Shown here one piece after another: positions 45,134 through 57,822 of a stretch of 64,000 bases of DNA (position 1 is the first letter of the stretch; each line of letters opens with the position of its first letter). Source of the stretch: Nematocida ausubeli (Eukaryota). The translations under genes and the position numbers were made by a program. The notes beneath the pieces were generated by a model. The model saw only the letters and a list, made by a program, of their open reading frames with translations. It was not told where the DNA came from and ran no database searches. The stretch is from contig NW_026515636.1 of assembly GCF_000738915.1 (NCBI RefSeq), positions 1 to 64,000 of the forward strand, in the 5' to 3' direction.

Positions 45134-45844
45134 TTAGCGTGAGTAGAGCACCCCGCTGTTGCTTCCTACAACCAGCGCACCAGCTGGAACACGCGTGTTT
45201 GCAGTGAACTCAGGCATGCTAAAGTCGCCACCCCCACGCTTGTCTGCCTCTTTTTTTAGCGCCTCCCGCATTGAAGTAAAAACAAACATTCGCATGTCAT
45301 TTGACCCATTGGAGCACGCCTGCAAGCTAATTTCTGCTGTGAGCGCGTCAATAGAGAAACACTTTTGTCTGATTGCTGAAACAATTTCAAAAACTGGGTT
45401 GAATGCATTCTTTGCAACCACCTCCCGGATGATCATTAGATTTGACTCTGTTTTCTGCCCAGACTCAATTGGAATTTCAACACTCAAGCCATCCCCAAGT
45501 GAATCTGACTCAATTACGTGCTTCTTTCCCTCCACCCATGGCTCTAGCATTATCTCTTGCGGCGTAGATTCCTTAGTTGGGAGGTCAATATCAAATAAGT
45601 TGGCGTCTTTTGGGTCGTCCACAACAACAACCTTTCTGTCCTTTATCGCTATGTATTTAGTGTCAGGCCCTGCGAATGTGGATATAAGAATTCCTTCTTT
45701 CTCTGCCTGCCCTTCAATGAGATAATCAGCGTCGTCGTCTGACTTGTGTTTGTGCGAGCGCCCACACACTTGATAAATAAAGATACACATCGATATAATA
45801 ATGCACGCTTTCTTTGTCTGCATGCCTTTTTTAAAATCACACAT
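45134..45844 (-). CDS. Secreted ricin-B-lectin-like protein
   Basis: Signal peptide and FEIVSAIRQKCFSID...LQAC...MFVF, a ricin-type C-x(12)-C lobe. Confidence 0.65.
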   Translation of the reverse strand: MCDFKKGMQTKKACIIISMCIFIYQVCGRSHKHKSDDDADYLIEGQAEKEGILISTFAGPDTKYIAIKDRKVVVVDDPKDANLFDIDLPTKESTPQEIMLEPWVEGKKHVIESDSLGDGLSVEIPIESGQKTESNLMIIREVVAKNAFNPVFEIVSAIRQKCFSIDALTAEISLQACSNGSNDMRMFVFTSMREALKKEADKRGGGDFSMPEFTANTRVPAGALVVGSNSGVLYSR

Positions 45845-47244
45845 ATTTATGCACTATTGTTGATTCTGATACCTTGTTTTGTTTCAGACAAAAGTCCACT
45901 CGTAGAACAGCCGTATTTATTTATTTTTATTTTAGGCCCATGCTCTTTCGAAGGCAGGAATTTCATAATGGCTTGTTCAATAGATGAGCAACATAAAGGC
46001 AACTTGTTTGCTGTGTGTTTTTATTTATTTTACACATACATTTAATATTAAAATCATTTCGCATGTCCCACTGTGCGTGCACAAATAAAACCATGCAACT
46101 GTGCTTCTTTCAATAAATTGCACCTAGCATATTTTGTGCAAGAATGGCGTCTTTCAAAGGATGTGGGCATTATAAGGGTGCTTTGCCTGGGTACATATGC
46201 AGAATACTATGAACCTGTAGATACTAATTAGGCTGTGATTACACTTCAATACGTACATGCCAAAACTCCATTACTACGCAAATAATCTGTCAATCAAAAA
46301 AGTATATGCTTAAGACAGGTCATTCTCTGCAAATCTCGTACGCGTAAGAACTTGCTGTACATCTATAGGAAAATCCATGTATCCGAACCCTAAATACTTT
46401 CACTGCAGTAACCTACATATTCATGCAGTCGCAATGTGTGCTAAGCAGAATAGTAGGTATACCTGCAGCTAAACTAGCATATTCCTCTAATCTCTTAGAT
46501 CGCATAATTCAATGCAGCCCAAATTGCTTCAATAAAATCATATGCTGCCTTTTATGACTAATTTTACTACTGCTGTATTATTCGTATTCGGGTTCGGATT
46601 ATAAAGATAATATATTCTAGCTTATTTAGTCCTCACATGTGCCCTGCATATTCTAATTCCGCCTCTGCTTTTCTGGCTGCGAAAAGTTAAAGTGAAACCC
46701 TTCAGTTTCTAGTAAAAGAAAAAAATATAAGACTTTTACAGTATACTTTGGACTTAACTGTTTATTCAGAAAAAGAACAGGAAATAAAGAATATATGTAG
46801 ATATATGTAGATATATACTATTTATACTTTGCATCCGTATAAGAATCTAATAGCACTGAGTGCATTGGAGTTGCATTGTGTTTCGGGTAGTTAGATTGTT
46901 TTAGTTAAGAGCAAGTCAAGAGCATTTTAAATGCGCACTCTGAAGTATATGCATGATTTCGGTTATATTCTTATTCCTATACAGCACTTCACCCGATTAT
47001 AATTATGCGCAGACTAGAAATTAAAAAAAGAAAGCGCCTAAGAGAAGAGTAGAACACGTCTTTTAATATTTATGGAGTAATTCTGGTTATTCGGGTTATA
47101 TAACTAAGCTAGACAACTATGCATGCATATACATGCACAAATACATCTGGTGGTATGGTGTTCTAATTAAAAGAAATTCTGTCTAAGTAATACTGCATAG
47201 TGACATGCTCATATGAATCGAATTGTATTTATTTTTGTATCTGA

Positions 47245-47847
47245 TTATTTTGGATTTGGTGAATTTCTTCGTGCCATTCCGCGGTCATACCACTTCTTGT
47301 CTACCCATCTAAAAATCTGCATCTGCCTAGAAAGTGAGTCTGCGTCAATGCACTCAGCAAGATCTAGTGCTCCCATGGAATCTATAGTAACACACTGGCC
47401 TTGGTTGTATATCTGGAATCCATTAGTGTCATTTGTCAGTGGGAGCGAAAACATAAAATAGTTGTTGAAGCTGGGCCTTTCGTAGGCTAGAACCAAGCCA
47501 GTTCTATTCCCAAGGTTTTTGTTGTAGCTAAACACGCACGCTGCTGTGTTTTGGGGGCTGTCCCCTGCAGAACTGCACAGTTCCTCAGGAGCAGCTATAA
47601 TGTGGTATGTAATGTCCTTGAACTCCCTTCTTATCACTTTTAACGGAGTGACTTCGTCAACTCTTTCTGATATGGCAAGGACACTTTTTATATTTCCCTC
47701 TCCTGTGACTGGTGTATTATACACGTATCCTTCTTTCCCCTCACTGTACAGATATCCTAGCTCATTGTTTGCAAATATTGTGTCCATGCTGCGCACATAT
47801 CCAATGCAAAAAATTCCTAGAACCACAAGAATGCACAACATCTTCAT
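47245..47847 (-). CDS. Secreted ricin-B-lectin-like protein
   Basis: Signal peptide, GYLYSEG and FQIYNQGQCVTID...LAEC...QIFRW. Confidence 0.8.
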   Translation of the reverse strand: MKMLCILVVLGIFCIGYVRSMDTIFANNELGYLYSEGKEGYVYNTPVTGEGNIKSVLAISERVDEVTPLKVIRREFKDITYHIIAAPEELCSSAGDSPQNTAACVFSYNKNLGNRTGLVLAYERPSFNNYFMFSLPLTNDTNGFQIYNQGQCVTIDSMGALDLAECIDADSLSRQMQIFRWVDKKWYDRGMARRNSPNPK

Positions 47848-48476
47848 TGAAACTGCACGTCTGCACTATTATATATGTGCTTAAACCATTGTTTCAGGCG
47901 TAAAACACAGTATAGCTATAGGCTATACACATCTAGTAAGGTGGCTTTTTTGCATTGCATATACAGTATTAGCCTTTCCAGAAAAAGCACACTAATTTGA
48001 TGAAAATCACATATGATCTGTCCAGATGCATCATATCAACATCAGATGCATTAGAATGGTCTTTCTGCAATTTGCACTGAAACACTAGTTTCTGTATATT
48101 TGAACAGGCATGCAGGCTTCTTAGAAGGAATTTCTGCAGCATACAAAAAAATAGAAAAAGCACACTACCATGGCATAATACTGGAACTTCAAATATCTCT
48201 GTGCTTAAATAAACTCTGTGGCTAGCACGAGATTGCAGCTGCACAGCCTGAACTGGGTCTTTATAATTTCGGGTTCGGGTTATATCTGTGCTAGCCACAG
48301 AAACGTACACATGCATGATTCATACTGCATTTACATAAAACCAAATAGACAAATAAAAATGCTGTATGAAATAGAAGCACTATAAGGCTTACTATAGTAA
48401 ACTCTGCAGTATACTTACTAATATATTTTGTTAGACATGAATTAACTACTTTATTGAGTATATTTGTACACCTTCT

Positions 48477-49172
48477 CTATTTCCAAAATGTAAGGGGATT
48501 TTTGTTATCTGCGGAATAGTATGGGCTTGCAGGGTTCAGATCCTGGTTAATTGTTTGCATTGGGTTGTAATTCTTTATGAAAAGGGCATTGTCCACCCAG
48601 ACAAACAGCTGCGTTGACTTCTTATTTATATCATTATACTCACACTCTTCAGTTGTAGCATCCCCATCCTCGCTAATTGCAAGGCACTTTTTCTTGTGGT
48701 AGACTCTAAACGCATGGAATCCTGGCAGGACGACAGGAGAAAAAAAGAACTTGAATTCTGGGCCAATCGAAAATCTCTTTAGCATGATCTTCCCTTTGGC
48801 TTCGGAATCTACCACCATTGTAGGACATCCTAGATACTGCTTGCCCTTTCCAGATCCAAATTCTTTATGCTTTTCGTCGCATTCATCTACATCATGGTCC
48901 TCTGCAGACATTATAATACCGTATGTTGATGGGCCATCTCGTATAATTCGAATGTATAGCTGTGCAGCTGCCTCTCTGTCATCGTCTATCTCCACATGCA
49001 TCGCGTCTTTTGATGCTGTAAATGCAATATATCTTTTTTTCCCAACGCTGAACAGACGGCCTGGGGTGTTCTCGCTGAAGTACGAGATCTCAGCATCATG
49101 CCCAATTGCTCTTGCGAAAGGCACAGCAAGCAGAGCAGCTGATAGAAGGAAAATTTGGCTAAGCAGATTCAT
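48477..49172 (-). CDS. Secreted ricin-B-lectin-like protein
   Basis: ATG at 49172 gives the signal peptide MNLLSQIFLLSAALLAVPFARA. Also GRLFSVG and FRVYHKKKCLAI...EEC...QLFVW. Confidence 0.8.
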   Translation of the reverse strand: MNLLSQIFLLSAALLAVPFARAIGHDAEISYFSENTPGRLFSVGKKRYIAFTASKDAMHVEIDDDREAAAQLYIRIIRDGPSTYGIIMSAEDHDVDECDEKHKEFGSGKGKQYLGCPTMVVDSEAKGKIMLKRFSIGPEFKFFFSPVVLPGFHAFRVYHKKKCLAISEDGDATTEECEYNDINKKSTQLFVWVDNALFIKNYNPMQTINQDLNPASPYYSADNKNPLTFWK

Positions 49173-50068
49173 GACCCAAAAGAAATCAAATACTTTATGC
49201 ACATTTTGCAACTCTGTATCACATAGAGCCACATCAGATGGTTTCAGACTGCATCAGACCTAAAGCACCCGCCACCAAGATACTCTAATAGGCGTGCACT
49301 CATTAGCAGAACAACCAAAAGCCTTTATACACTGCAGGTCCGCAAGATACTAGGCCAGAACTCTTCTTAGCATGTGCATTTTGTTTATGTTTTATTTTCA
49401 GAACATTCAAAGACACTGACAGACAGACCAGAAAAATATTCTTTTGGTGACTGTGATTTTTTGTCTTTTTGTTGGATATATTTCTTACTGTTGACATGTA
49501 CCACCCTCTTTTAATATTCTTTTACAATTAGTCGTCTTCTGGTATATGAAGAATCTTCCCGAAATTAAAAGTTGAAAAACCTTGGAGTCTCAGAATAATG
49601 ATGAGAGACTACCACAATGCTTATGCTAAGAACTTTCTTGAAATCTACTATACTGCGTACTAGATGGTTTGTACTGCAGCACTTAGTAAGATTCTATTTG
49701 TATACTGCTAGACTACTAAGTTTCTTCTCTGCAGATATTAATAAAATAGATCTATAAAGACGGACTCTCTGCTTACTTTATAATAGTAATTCTTTTTCTC
49801 TTTTTCCTATGCCCAAAAATACATTTAACATTCTTACTACCCACAGGAAAAGAGGCCGGGTTTAGATTATACTGAGCACCCTGGTCACCTTGCAGCATCT
49901 ATTTCAGAATATCTACCTAGAATCCAGGGATGTGTAGTATCTTTATAAATGCAGTAATGCGCTTGCCATGCATATAAATAGTTCAAGTAGACTCAACATA
50001 TAGACTAGCCAAAAAGCTGCAAATATTTCAATTGCTATTTATTATAGGGATAATCTCGCGTTTTTGCA

Positions 50069-51031
50069 TTAAAATCCAGGTGGCATAAGTTCATCTGTGA
50101 TTGTTCCTTTCCTTGCAACTTTTGCGTTTGAAGAAGCCTCATCTGCATTTAGCAGTTTCCTCCTTTTCTCCTCTATTGTATCGTTGTCTGGCTCGTCGTA
50201 GTAGCCAGCAGGCTTTTTGGCTATTTCCACAACTGAATTGTTATTGATAGCCACCACAGCAGCAGGCACTTCACTGTTTGAAATTGGTGCTGGGTGATTT
50301 ACAGCATACTTTTTATCTGGGCTTTGGCTGTTCTTCTTTTTATTTTTGTCGTAGAACAGCCTTGAGTCTGGGGTGTATGCCTTCACTTTCTTGGGAGGTG
50401 CTGGCAATTTTTCCAGCTTTGCCTGCCTAATGGTTTTTTTGGTTATGACCACGTGCTCATTCTCTGCAAACCACTTGAAGAGCTGCTGCGCATGTTTTTC
50501 TGCTGGGGCGGCCACACAGTCGTCGAGCTTAGCATACCCACTTCCCTCCACAGTTAGACACTTGTTTTTAAGGTAGATCTTGAAGAAGTTTTTCTTTGTC
50601 TGCGGGGGAGAAAAAGAGAACCAGGAGTTTGGATCAGAGGTGTCTGTAGTCATTCCAATGTGTACGTAAGGCGCCTCTCCAATCAGCCCTATAGAAGGAG
50701 TTCCATAGAACGGGAAGTCAATATTCTGGGTATTCTTCTTCTTGGCAGCATTTACAACCCTGGAATCTGCTGACATAATAAGACTGTATGTAGCACTGTG
50801 GTATTTTGCTTTCTGAATTTTGAACAGCCCCGCCTTGTTTGCATCCTTCGTGCCCTTCACCCACATGTACTTGTCGTACGGGGATCTGGACCACCTTAGA
50901 AATACATGAGACCCCATGTTGTACAAGTATCCAGGAGAGTTGGCTGCAAATGCAATCCGGGTATTGCCCATAACAGAAGCCAGAGTAAATGTAAGAATCG
51001 CTGTTAGTTGACAGATCTTTTGTATAGTCAT
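50069..51031 (-). CDS. Secreted ricin-B-lectin-like protein with a basic disordered tail
   Basis: Signal peptide, GYLYNMG and FKIYLKNKCLTV...LDDC...QLFKW. Confidence 0.8.
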   Translation of the reverse strand: MTIQKICQLTAILTFTLASVMGNTRIAFAANSPGYLYNMGSHVFLRWSRSPYDKYMWVKGTKDANKAGLFKIQKAKYHSATYSLIMSADSRVVNAAKKKNTQNIDFPFYGTPSIGLIGEAPYVHIGMTTDTSDPNSWFSFSPPQTKKNFFKIYLKNKCLTVEGSGYAKLDDCVAAPAEKHAQQLFKWFAENEHVVITKKTIRQAKLEKLPAPPKKVKAYTPDSRLFYDKNKKKNSQSPDKKYAVNHPAPISNSEVPAAVVAINNNSVVEIAKKPAGYYDEPDNDTIEEKRRKLLNADEASSNAKVARKGTITDELMPPGF

Positions 51032-51991
51032 ACAGATGCAGTGTTTTTTCAGGTTATATTTGATTGTGTAACCTGTTTCATTTTGATAAAGTGTTTTAGA
51101 AATTTAAGCTGTTTCATCTCTACTCGCGAATTATTTTCAACTAAAAATACAAAGTGTGTGCTGTATTAGAGGAACCAGCGTATAGAGAAATGGCTTTCTC
51201 TGTGCCACACTCCTTTAAAGACACATGCTAATACCATATTAGAGAAGTATATTTAGAAAGAAGAAAGTTTAATTATGTTTAGAAGGTGATTCTTCCTCAG
51301 GTTTAGCATCAGCTTTTAGAGATAGATGAAGTACAGTACATGATTTATGTATTTTCTTAAATTTGTGCTTGAAACCCCAGAAGAGTGCATTTGTTTTTGT
51401 AGAGTGTGCTCTTACTTTAGAGAAAATTATAAATGCACTCAGAAAGAAAGTCATTTTATACAGTATGGCTTGGGTTCACAGGAGGGCTTAAGCCTTTTGC
51501 TTCTTGAAATATAAAAATAGCTAGAGCCAAAGTGCCTAATGAATTAATTCTACCAATATAAAAATAGCAGAACTAATTTAAGCTATAGACTACTAAAATC
51601 TGCAAATGTTGTCTATTACTTACTGAAGAAGCGAAACAGACCATCTAGAATATATCCAAATCTGACTAGAATTTAGTTTACAAGCTAATCTTAATAGAAT
51701 AAGGTATAACCTGAAACAAATGAATAGATTAGTTGAAACAGTAGATTTATGCTTTATTTCAGCAGATATAGCATGAATTTATCCCGGTATAACCCGAATT
51801 TAAATTAATTTAGATTTATTTTAATAAGATTTCAGCTATTGTGTAATTTATGTGATAATCTTTAGAAGAATTAGGAAAATATGACTTTTACAAGCCTTAT
51901 ATATTTACACTATTGTGCCTCTTCTTTTGTAAGAGTAGGTTTTGCACAGAGAGAAGTGCATACAGGAAGATTGTAGGCAGTTTATGTACTA

Positions 51992-52651
51992 TTACCCATT
52001 TGTTACAGATAGTGGGCCTTTAAAGTCATTTTCTGGGATCCATAGCCAGAGATCCTTTTTGTAGTCCTTGTTTTCTTTATAAAATTTCTCGCATTCATGT
52101 GCAATTACACTAGTATCCTTTGACCCACTCATGCACTTGTTTTTCTCCAGCTGTATCTGCATAGCAAGATACCTTACCGCCATAACCACTTCTATAGCTA
52201 TTCCCTGCTCAGAAGCTTCAGCATTGTCTTCCGGGGTTAGATTTGCATAGTAACCATTTGATGTGCTGTGCTGTACAAAAAACTTCTTTATTCCATTCTT
52301 TGTGCTGGGGAGTTTTTTGTCTGATGTAGTAAGCCTGGTTATTACTCTTCCATCTTTTTTGGCGTGCACCTTGTTTAGACTAAATGAAATGGCTTTTTTC
52401 GGGTCTGTAAACATTCGGAGGGACACAAATCCTGTGGTGTCAATATAGTCATCTGCCCCCATATACTGCCTCAATCCTATGTTGTACAAATATCCTGTTG
52501 TGTTAAATACAAACAATTTTGGATCTCCTATTCTGCTCTCCATTAGATCCATCCTTCTCTCTGAAATATATGATGCTTCTATGGAGCTAGAGTATCTCAG
52601 CATTGCAATTGCCAAAACCCAGAATGCAGAAAGTTTTTCTAGTTTATACAT
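51992..52651 (-). CDS. Secreted ricin-B-lectin-like protein
   Basis: Signal peptide, GYLYNIG and MQIQLEKNKCM...HEC...DLWLW. Confidence 0.7.
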   Translation of the reverse strand: MYKLEKLSAFWVLAIAMLRYSSSIEASYISERRMDLMESRIGDPKLFVFNTTGYLYNIGLRQYMGADDYIDTTGFVSLRMFTDPKKAISFSLNKVHAKKDGRVITRLTTSDKKLPSTKNGIKKFFVQHSTSNGYYANLTPEDNAEASEQGIAIEVVMAVRYLAMQIQLEKNKCMSGSKDTSVIAHECEKFYKENKDYKKDLWLWIPENDFKGPLSVTNG

Positions 52652-53777
52652 GTACTCGTTTTCTGCCGCGTGGTTATATCTAGAAGATTTGCAACTGTTT
52701 TACAGTAGATATGTGGATTACAGCATCTAAATGTATTTATGTCAATCAAGATCCATCTATTTGCTTTAGATGTTTTAGAAAGCTGTTTTTTATGCGTATA
52801 CATGTTTTTTCGGCTGTCTTTTTAGCAGACTTCCTGGGTTTTTGTTACTTCCACATATATAGCCCTATACAACTTAATATACCAAAGCATCATAAGAGTA
52901 CATGTGTCTGAATCTGATAACAGACACTTTTTAGTATTAATCTGCATGGTTTCCACTAGTATGCGTGCATAATAATTTCTAGCTAAATTTTATAACTCTT
53001 ATTAGGGCTATATACTGAAACTGCTCTTGTTTTATATACTCCATAGTAGGATCATATATACAAGCCTAGCCTTCTCTAAAATATTAGCATTCGTTTTCCT
53101 ATTCATCCTATAATTTGTTTATCATTGCCTGTTTGTAGATCTCTAGCCTGATGTATATCTGCATTATGTTTATACAAATAAAATGAGTCCCTTGCAGCAT
53201 ATTTGCGTATAGTCAAAACCACAAGGCAATGACAAACACCATTCTACATTGCTTGCTCTATAAGGGGTTTCATATACCAAGGCACAAAAAACCAATAATA
53301 TTTAAAGTACTCTATCTATTCTATTTGCTTCTGTAGTATTTTCATCTATTTTCTTCCAATAAATTTATTAATCTGTTCTTTCTATTTTACAAAAAGTCTT
53401 CACTAAATTACTCAGCTTTCAATACTTGACATGAAGAGTTTCTTCAAAAAACTTAAGAATAAAATAAAATAAAAAGAAGACAAATATATTCATTGTAGGG
53501 CTTAGAAAAGAAAAATATAAATATAAAGTGCAAATAAATAGATCCACCAGAGAAAAGAGCATGCATATATAAATAGGGAATAAAAACACCAAAAACAGTA
53601 CACATATTGGCATACTTCTAAATATAACCCGAGGTATAACTAAGCTCCTGACTGATCTTCTTTCTTACCCTCTGCATTCCATTTCTATTCCAAGTAACAC
53701 AACAGCACATTTACTAAGATCGTATGCAGAAAATATCTCTTAAAATCATGAATTTATTAATAAGTACCAGAAACAGG

Positions 53778-54563
53778 CTAGTGGTCGCAGTACGTTGGCA
53801 GTTGAGATCTTCCATCTGCAGGCCGATATGGCTTATCAAATGCAAGATTAGTGGTGTTCTTTAAGTGGGAATGTTGTATCTTATGCTTCCGGTGCTTCTT
53901 GCACTCTTTCTCCTTCTTGTGATCTTCTACTTCATTCGGGTTATAGAGACTTGGGTTGGGTCTGTATGTTACGGGGTCAATCCCTCTATTGAATGTACTT
54001 GAATCAACCCAGCTGAATAGCTGGTAGTTCCGCGCAGCGGAAGTGGATTCGTGGCAGACAGAGGCTACAAGAAACTTTGTTTCTTTGTCCACCATAATGC
54101 AGTCCTCCCCTACCATGAGATGAAAGCCATTCTCATTGAGAAGAACAGGCGGAGTGACAAAAAAGTTGAAATGGTTTGATCCATCGTATGAGTCTAGAAT
54201 AACTCTTACTGGGGAATTGTTTCTACATATTTTAAGTGCAAGTTTCCCATGCATTTCTGTTTGGCTGGGGAACCTCTCTTCTCCCTCGGGCGTTTCAAAC
54301 CCCTTGTCCTGCATGAAAATAAAGCCTGCATCTCCCACCTCTCCACTTAAGAACGTACGAAAGCGCATGGAGGTTCTGGCGTCTTCAAGAATTTTGGCCT
54401 GGACTTTGTCTTTTGGGTCATATCCAACGTACCCTTCTGCGCCTATGCTGTATATATATCCGGACTTGTTTAGCTCAAAGGAAGAGTCAAAGTATGTGGC
54501 CTCTGCTCGCACTCGTGTGAGGAATATGTAGGTTAGAGCTGCGATCTTTATGGGATTGATCAT
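53778..54563 (-). CDS. Secreted ricin-B-lectin-like protein
   Basis: Signal peptide, GYIYSIG and FFVTPPV..NGFHLMVGEDCIMV...SVC...QLFSW. Confidence 0.8.
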   Translation of the reverse strand: MINPIKIAALTYIFLTRVRAEATYFDSSFELNKSGYIYSIGAEGYVGYDPKDKVQAKILEDARTSMRFRTFLSGEVGDAGFIFMQDKGFETPEGEERFPSQTEMHGKLALKICRNNSPVRVILDSYDGSNHFNFFVTPPVLLNENGFHLMVGEDCIMVDKETKFLVASVCHESTSAARNYQLFSWVDSSTFNRGIDPVTYRPNPSLYNPNEVEDHKKEKECKKHRKHKIQHSHLKNTTNLAFDKPYRPADGRSQLPTYCDH

Positions 54564-55105
54564 TTCCCTTTGCGATGGCCTCTTCTTATTTATTTATATG
54601 TATCAGGCTCATCCAATCCAGACAGCGCACGGTAAAACAAAGCAATGAATGCTGTAACGCATGTTTTACTCCTTTGTGCTGCAGCGAATGTAGCAGCTGC
54701 TGCAGGCTTCATTTACAGCACACAAATTCATAACACTATTTTAATTAGCAGGCATGCCCATTGTAGTCCAGCTGTGTTTAGTAGAAGCATTGTAAATTCA
54801 ATGACTCTGTGCAAAGAATATCCTTAAAAATGAGTTTTATTAGTCCTGCAAATCTATGTTATATTTGTATTACAGCAGAATATTTCTATAAGTCTGCAAG
54901 AAATGCACAAAGTAAATATGCCCGTATAGAGTGCAGGCATGGCTCAAATAAGATTTGAATAGAAGAAAGTGCAGTGCACACATTTAAAACAAAGCCTGTC
55001 TATATTATTAAATAATTTATTCAGAAGATATTATGGAATTTCCTCATGTTAATGCCAAGTTTATATGTGCCTTTGTGTGGCACCCGCCTGCTAAAGGAGT
55101 TGAAA

Positions 55106-55882
55106 TTAGTCAGATACGCATCGGTCTCCTGAGTCTGCACGGCAGAACTTAAATAGCTGTCTGTCATTTTCTTCAGTGCGCTTGCCATTTGTAGTATCAT
55201 CTACGCATGCCATTTCCAGTAGCTGATTATTTGAGGCAACTCCCAAACAAAACGTAGATCTTCTTATTTTAAAGGAATCGTCTTTTTTGTAATATGAAGG
55301 CGTAATTACAAATCTGTTGTACACAGATGTGTGCCCGTATAGATAACATCTTTTTTGGCTTGGTCCTCCTCCCACATCAAATCTCTTTACATTTGTATAC
55401 AAGTCATTGTTTGAACGAGTTCCAAAGTTAGGCTTTGAGACACTATCTACTGAAATAATCTCGTAGTACGATCCTATGCTTTGTCCATATGACTCTACAA
55501 TCGCAATAGGCAGAGGAGGCGTGTTGTCATCCACAGCATTCAGCCAATATTTCGCAGAATCTGCTCCTATATACTTTTTGGATCCTACGTTGTAGAGAAA
55601 CCCTACATTATGCTTATTCGAGTAAAAGCTTATTTCTTTTTGGGGTGGGGCTCTCTCTTCTGCAGATGTATCTGGATTTTTATAATGAGAACTAGTTTGC
55701 TCGGAAGCATACGGGTTGACTGCAGGATCGCCATTTACTGTGCGTCTCTCAACGGAATGGTGATATCGCGGTTCTTCCATAACGTGTGAATGTTTTAAAT
55801 TACTTGCTTCTACATAGATATACAATGATCCAAGGTATATGGTGCTTAGCATTCCCACGAATACTGACCTGAACTTCTTCAT
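55106..55882 (-). CDS. Secreted ricin-B-lectin-like protein
   Basis: Signal peptide, GFLYNVG and FKIRRSTFCLGV...MAC...QLFKF. Confidence 0.8.
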   Translation of the reverse strand: MKKFRSVFVGMLSTIYLGSLYIYVEASNLKHSHVMEEPRYHHSVERRTVNGDPAVNPYASEQTSSHYKNPDTSAEERAPPQKEISFYSNKHNVGFLYNVGSKKYIGADSAKYWLNAVDDNTPPLPIAIVESYGQSIGSYYEIISVDSVSKPNFGTRSNNDLYTNVKRFDVGGGPSQKRCYLYGHTSVYNRFVITPSYYKKDDSFKIRRSTFCLGVASNNQLLEMACVDDTTNGKRTEENDRQLFKFCRADSGDRCVSD

Positions 55883-56790
55883 GTGTGTTTTATTCGTTTT
55901 GCTATATAAATATCATATGATACATTGTTTGACTAAGATAATTCGGTTGGTGGTCTATTTAAGCATTCAGGTTTCTTGTTTTTTTCAGGCAAAAGAGGAT
56001 TGCGCAAAAATAAATGGGATCCTATTTGAGCTATTCTTTATAAAACAATCAAGATTGCATCATGACTGCAATTGATGCAAAAAGAGTAGAGGTATGCATA
56101 ATTACAACAGCTGTAGATCAGAGACAGCGCAGAATTTAAGCAGGGCGCACTTTAAAGAAGCACTATCCTTCATGCGTATTAATTTTGTCGTATTGATTGG
56201 TTTATAAGCTAAAAGACCTACGTGAAATATATGCACTTGGAAAGAGTACATATTAGTGCACTTAATATGCAACAAGAATAATTGCACTCTAAATAGGCAT
56301 ATTCTAACATGTAATTTGAATTTACAGAATACATTTAGATCAAGTAATAATCATACAATGCAGATGGTGCTTCTTGCAAAAATCCAAAAAAGAAAAAAGC
56401 CTTTGATGCCTCATGAATGTCCGCTAGAGCATGAGCCAGCTTATACTAAAGCAGTGCAGTTTTCATTAGATACAGACAATTCAAACCATCCAAATAATAG
56501 CATGCCCTGTAGTGTATAATAGCCGTGTATAATGAGCGCAAAGCTTAAGCAGACTCTTTAACTATCCCAATATAATCTGAATAAAAAAGCTCTTGGGTGC
56601 ACCATTCAGAGCCCAATACGGCATGTTGTTTCAGGAGATGTGCATTAGCAGCATCTTTTGCTTAAATAGCATCTCTCTTAAAAATGATCAGAAAAGACCT
56701 GAAAACTGGGCTGCTCTAACAGTAGATAGCCTCTAAAATGCGATGCATGGTTACACATGCAAATATATGTATAGCAGTAATTGCAGCACC

Positions 56791-57588
56791 ATGACTATGC
56801 ACTATAAGCTGTATGTTTTTTTAAGCCTGCTATACACCGCCGCCTGCACAAAGACCCCACAGCTATTAACATGGGACTCTAACATGGCTGTATTCCAGCC
56901 AGACAAACTTGAAAAAAAGGATGTTTTCAGAAATGCAGTCGCAAATTTGCACGACTTGCGCCGTGAGGCTTTAGAGTTGAATAAAGATAAAAATTCCAGT
57001 ACACATCAAGTTGTGCAAGAAGACAAAGAATATACACGGGACAAGCACATGGGATACTTGTACAGCCCTGAGATATCAGGTTCTATCGGAATACAAAAAA
57101 AAGCAATTGGATATGACTCGGTGTTTGGTGTTGGGGATGGGTACAAGAAGATTATGTTCTCCATCTACCACATAGAGAAAAATCAAGACAGCCCTGTTGT
57201 GTTTCTTGTTAACGACAAAAAAGTAGCAGATTACTTCACAGATTCTAACTATCTTACAACCACGCCAGTAATTGAGCGCATTCCAGGGCTTCTAAATAGC
57301 GATGGGGATCTTAAAATAGGCACAGGTCCCCTTCTGGCCCGCTCTTTCAAGATACTTGGAGTAAGCATGCGGTTTAAAACATATAAATCTAAAAAAGCCC
57401 TAAATGGAGCATATGACCCGAATTTAGACTCTGTTCGCGAGGAAATCGCACTGCAGTCAAGTCTTAACGGGAAATTTGTATCAGTAACCAAAGATGGCTC
57501 AAGAATAAAGCTAATAGATGAGATGGAGTGCAATGAAAAGCCAAACCTATGTACCTTTTTCTGGGTCCCATACAAGGAGATGGGTTGA
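56791..57588 (+). CDS. Secreted protein, divergent member of the ricin-B-lectin-like array
   Basis: Signal-like MTMHYKLYVFLSLLYTAAC, GYLYS and C-terminal C..C.FFW. The start codon is uncertain (56743-56797). Confidence 0.6.
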   Translation: MTMHYKLYVFLSLLYTAACTKTPQLLTWDSNMAVFQPDKLEKKDVFRNAVANLHDLRREALELNKDKNSSTHQVVQEDKEYTRDKHMGYLYSPEISGSIGIQKKAIGYDSVFGVGDGYKKIMFSIYHIEKNQDSPVVFLVNDKKVADYFTDSNYLTTTPVIERIPGLLNSDGDLKIGTGPLLARSFKILGVSMRFKTYKSKKALNGAYDPNLDSVREEIALQSSLNGKFVSVTKDGSRIKLIDEMECNEKPNLCTFFWVPYKEMG

Positions 57589-57822
57589 AAAAAGCCGAGT
57601 CCACAGTGCATTGTATAGCTTGTCTTTGTGTGTAGGATAAGCTCCATATTTGTGCTGGCGTTTATTTTCGCCACGTCAGAAATAAATAATTTATATTACA
57701 TAAGTCAATTTGCAGAGATGAGTCTCCTATAACCTTTCATACACTGCTTTAGATGCGCCTGGTAAAACATTGTTTAGGATTTGCCTGTGATTTTATATCG
57801 ATGAATTTTATATAAAACACGC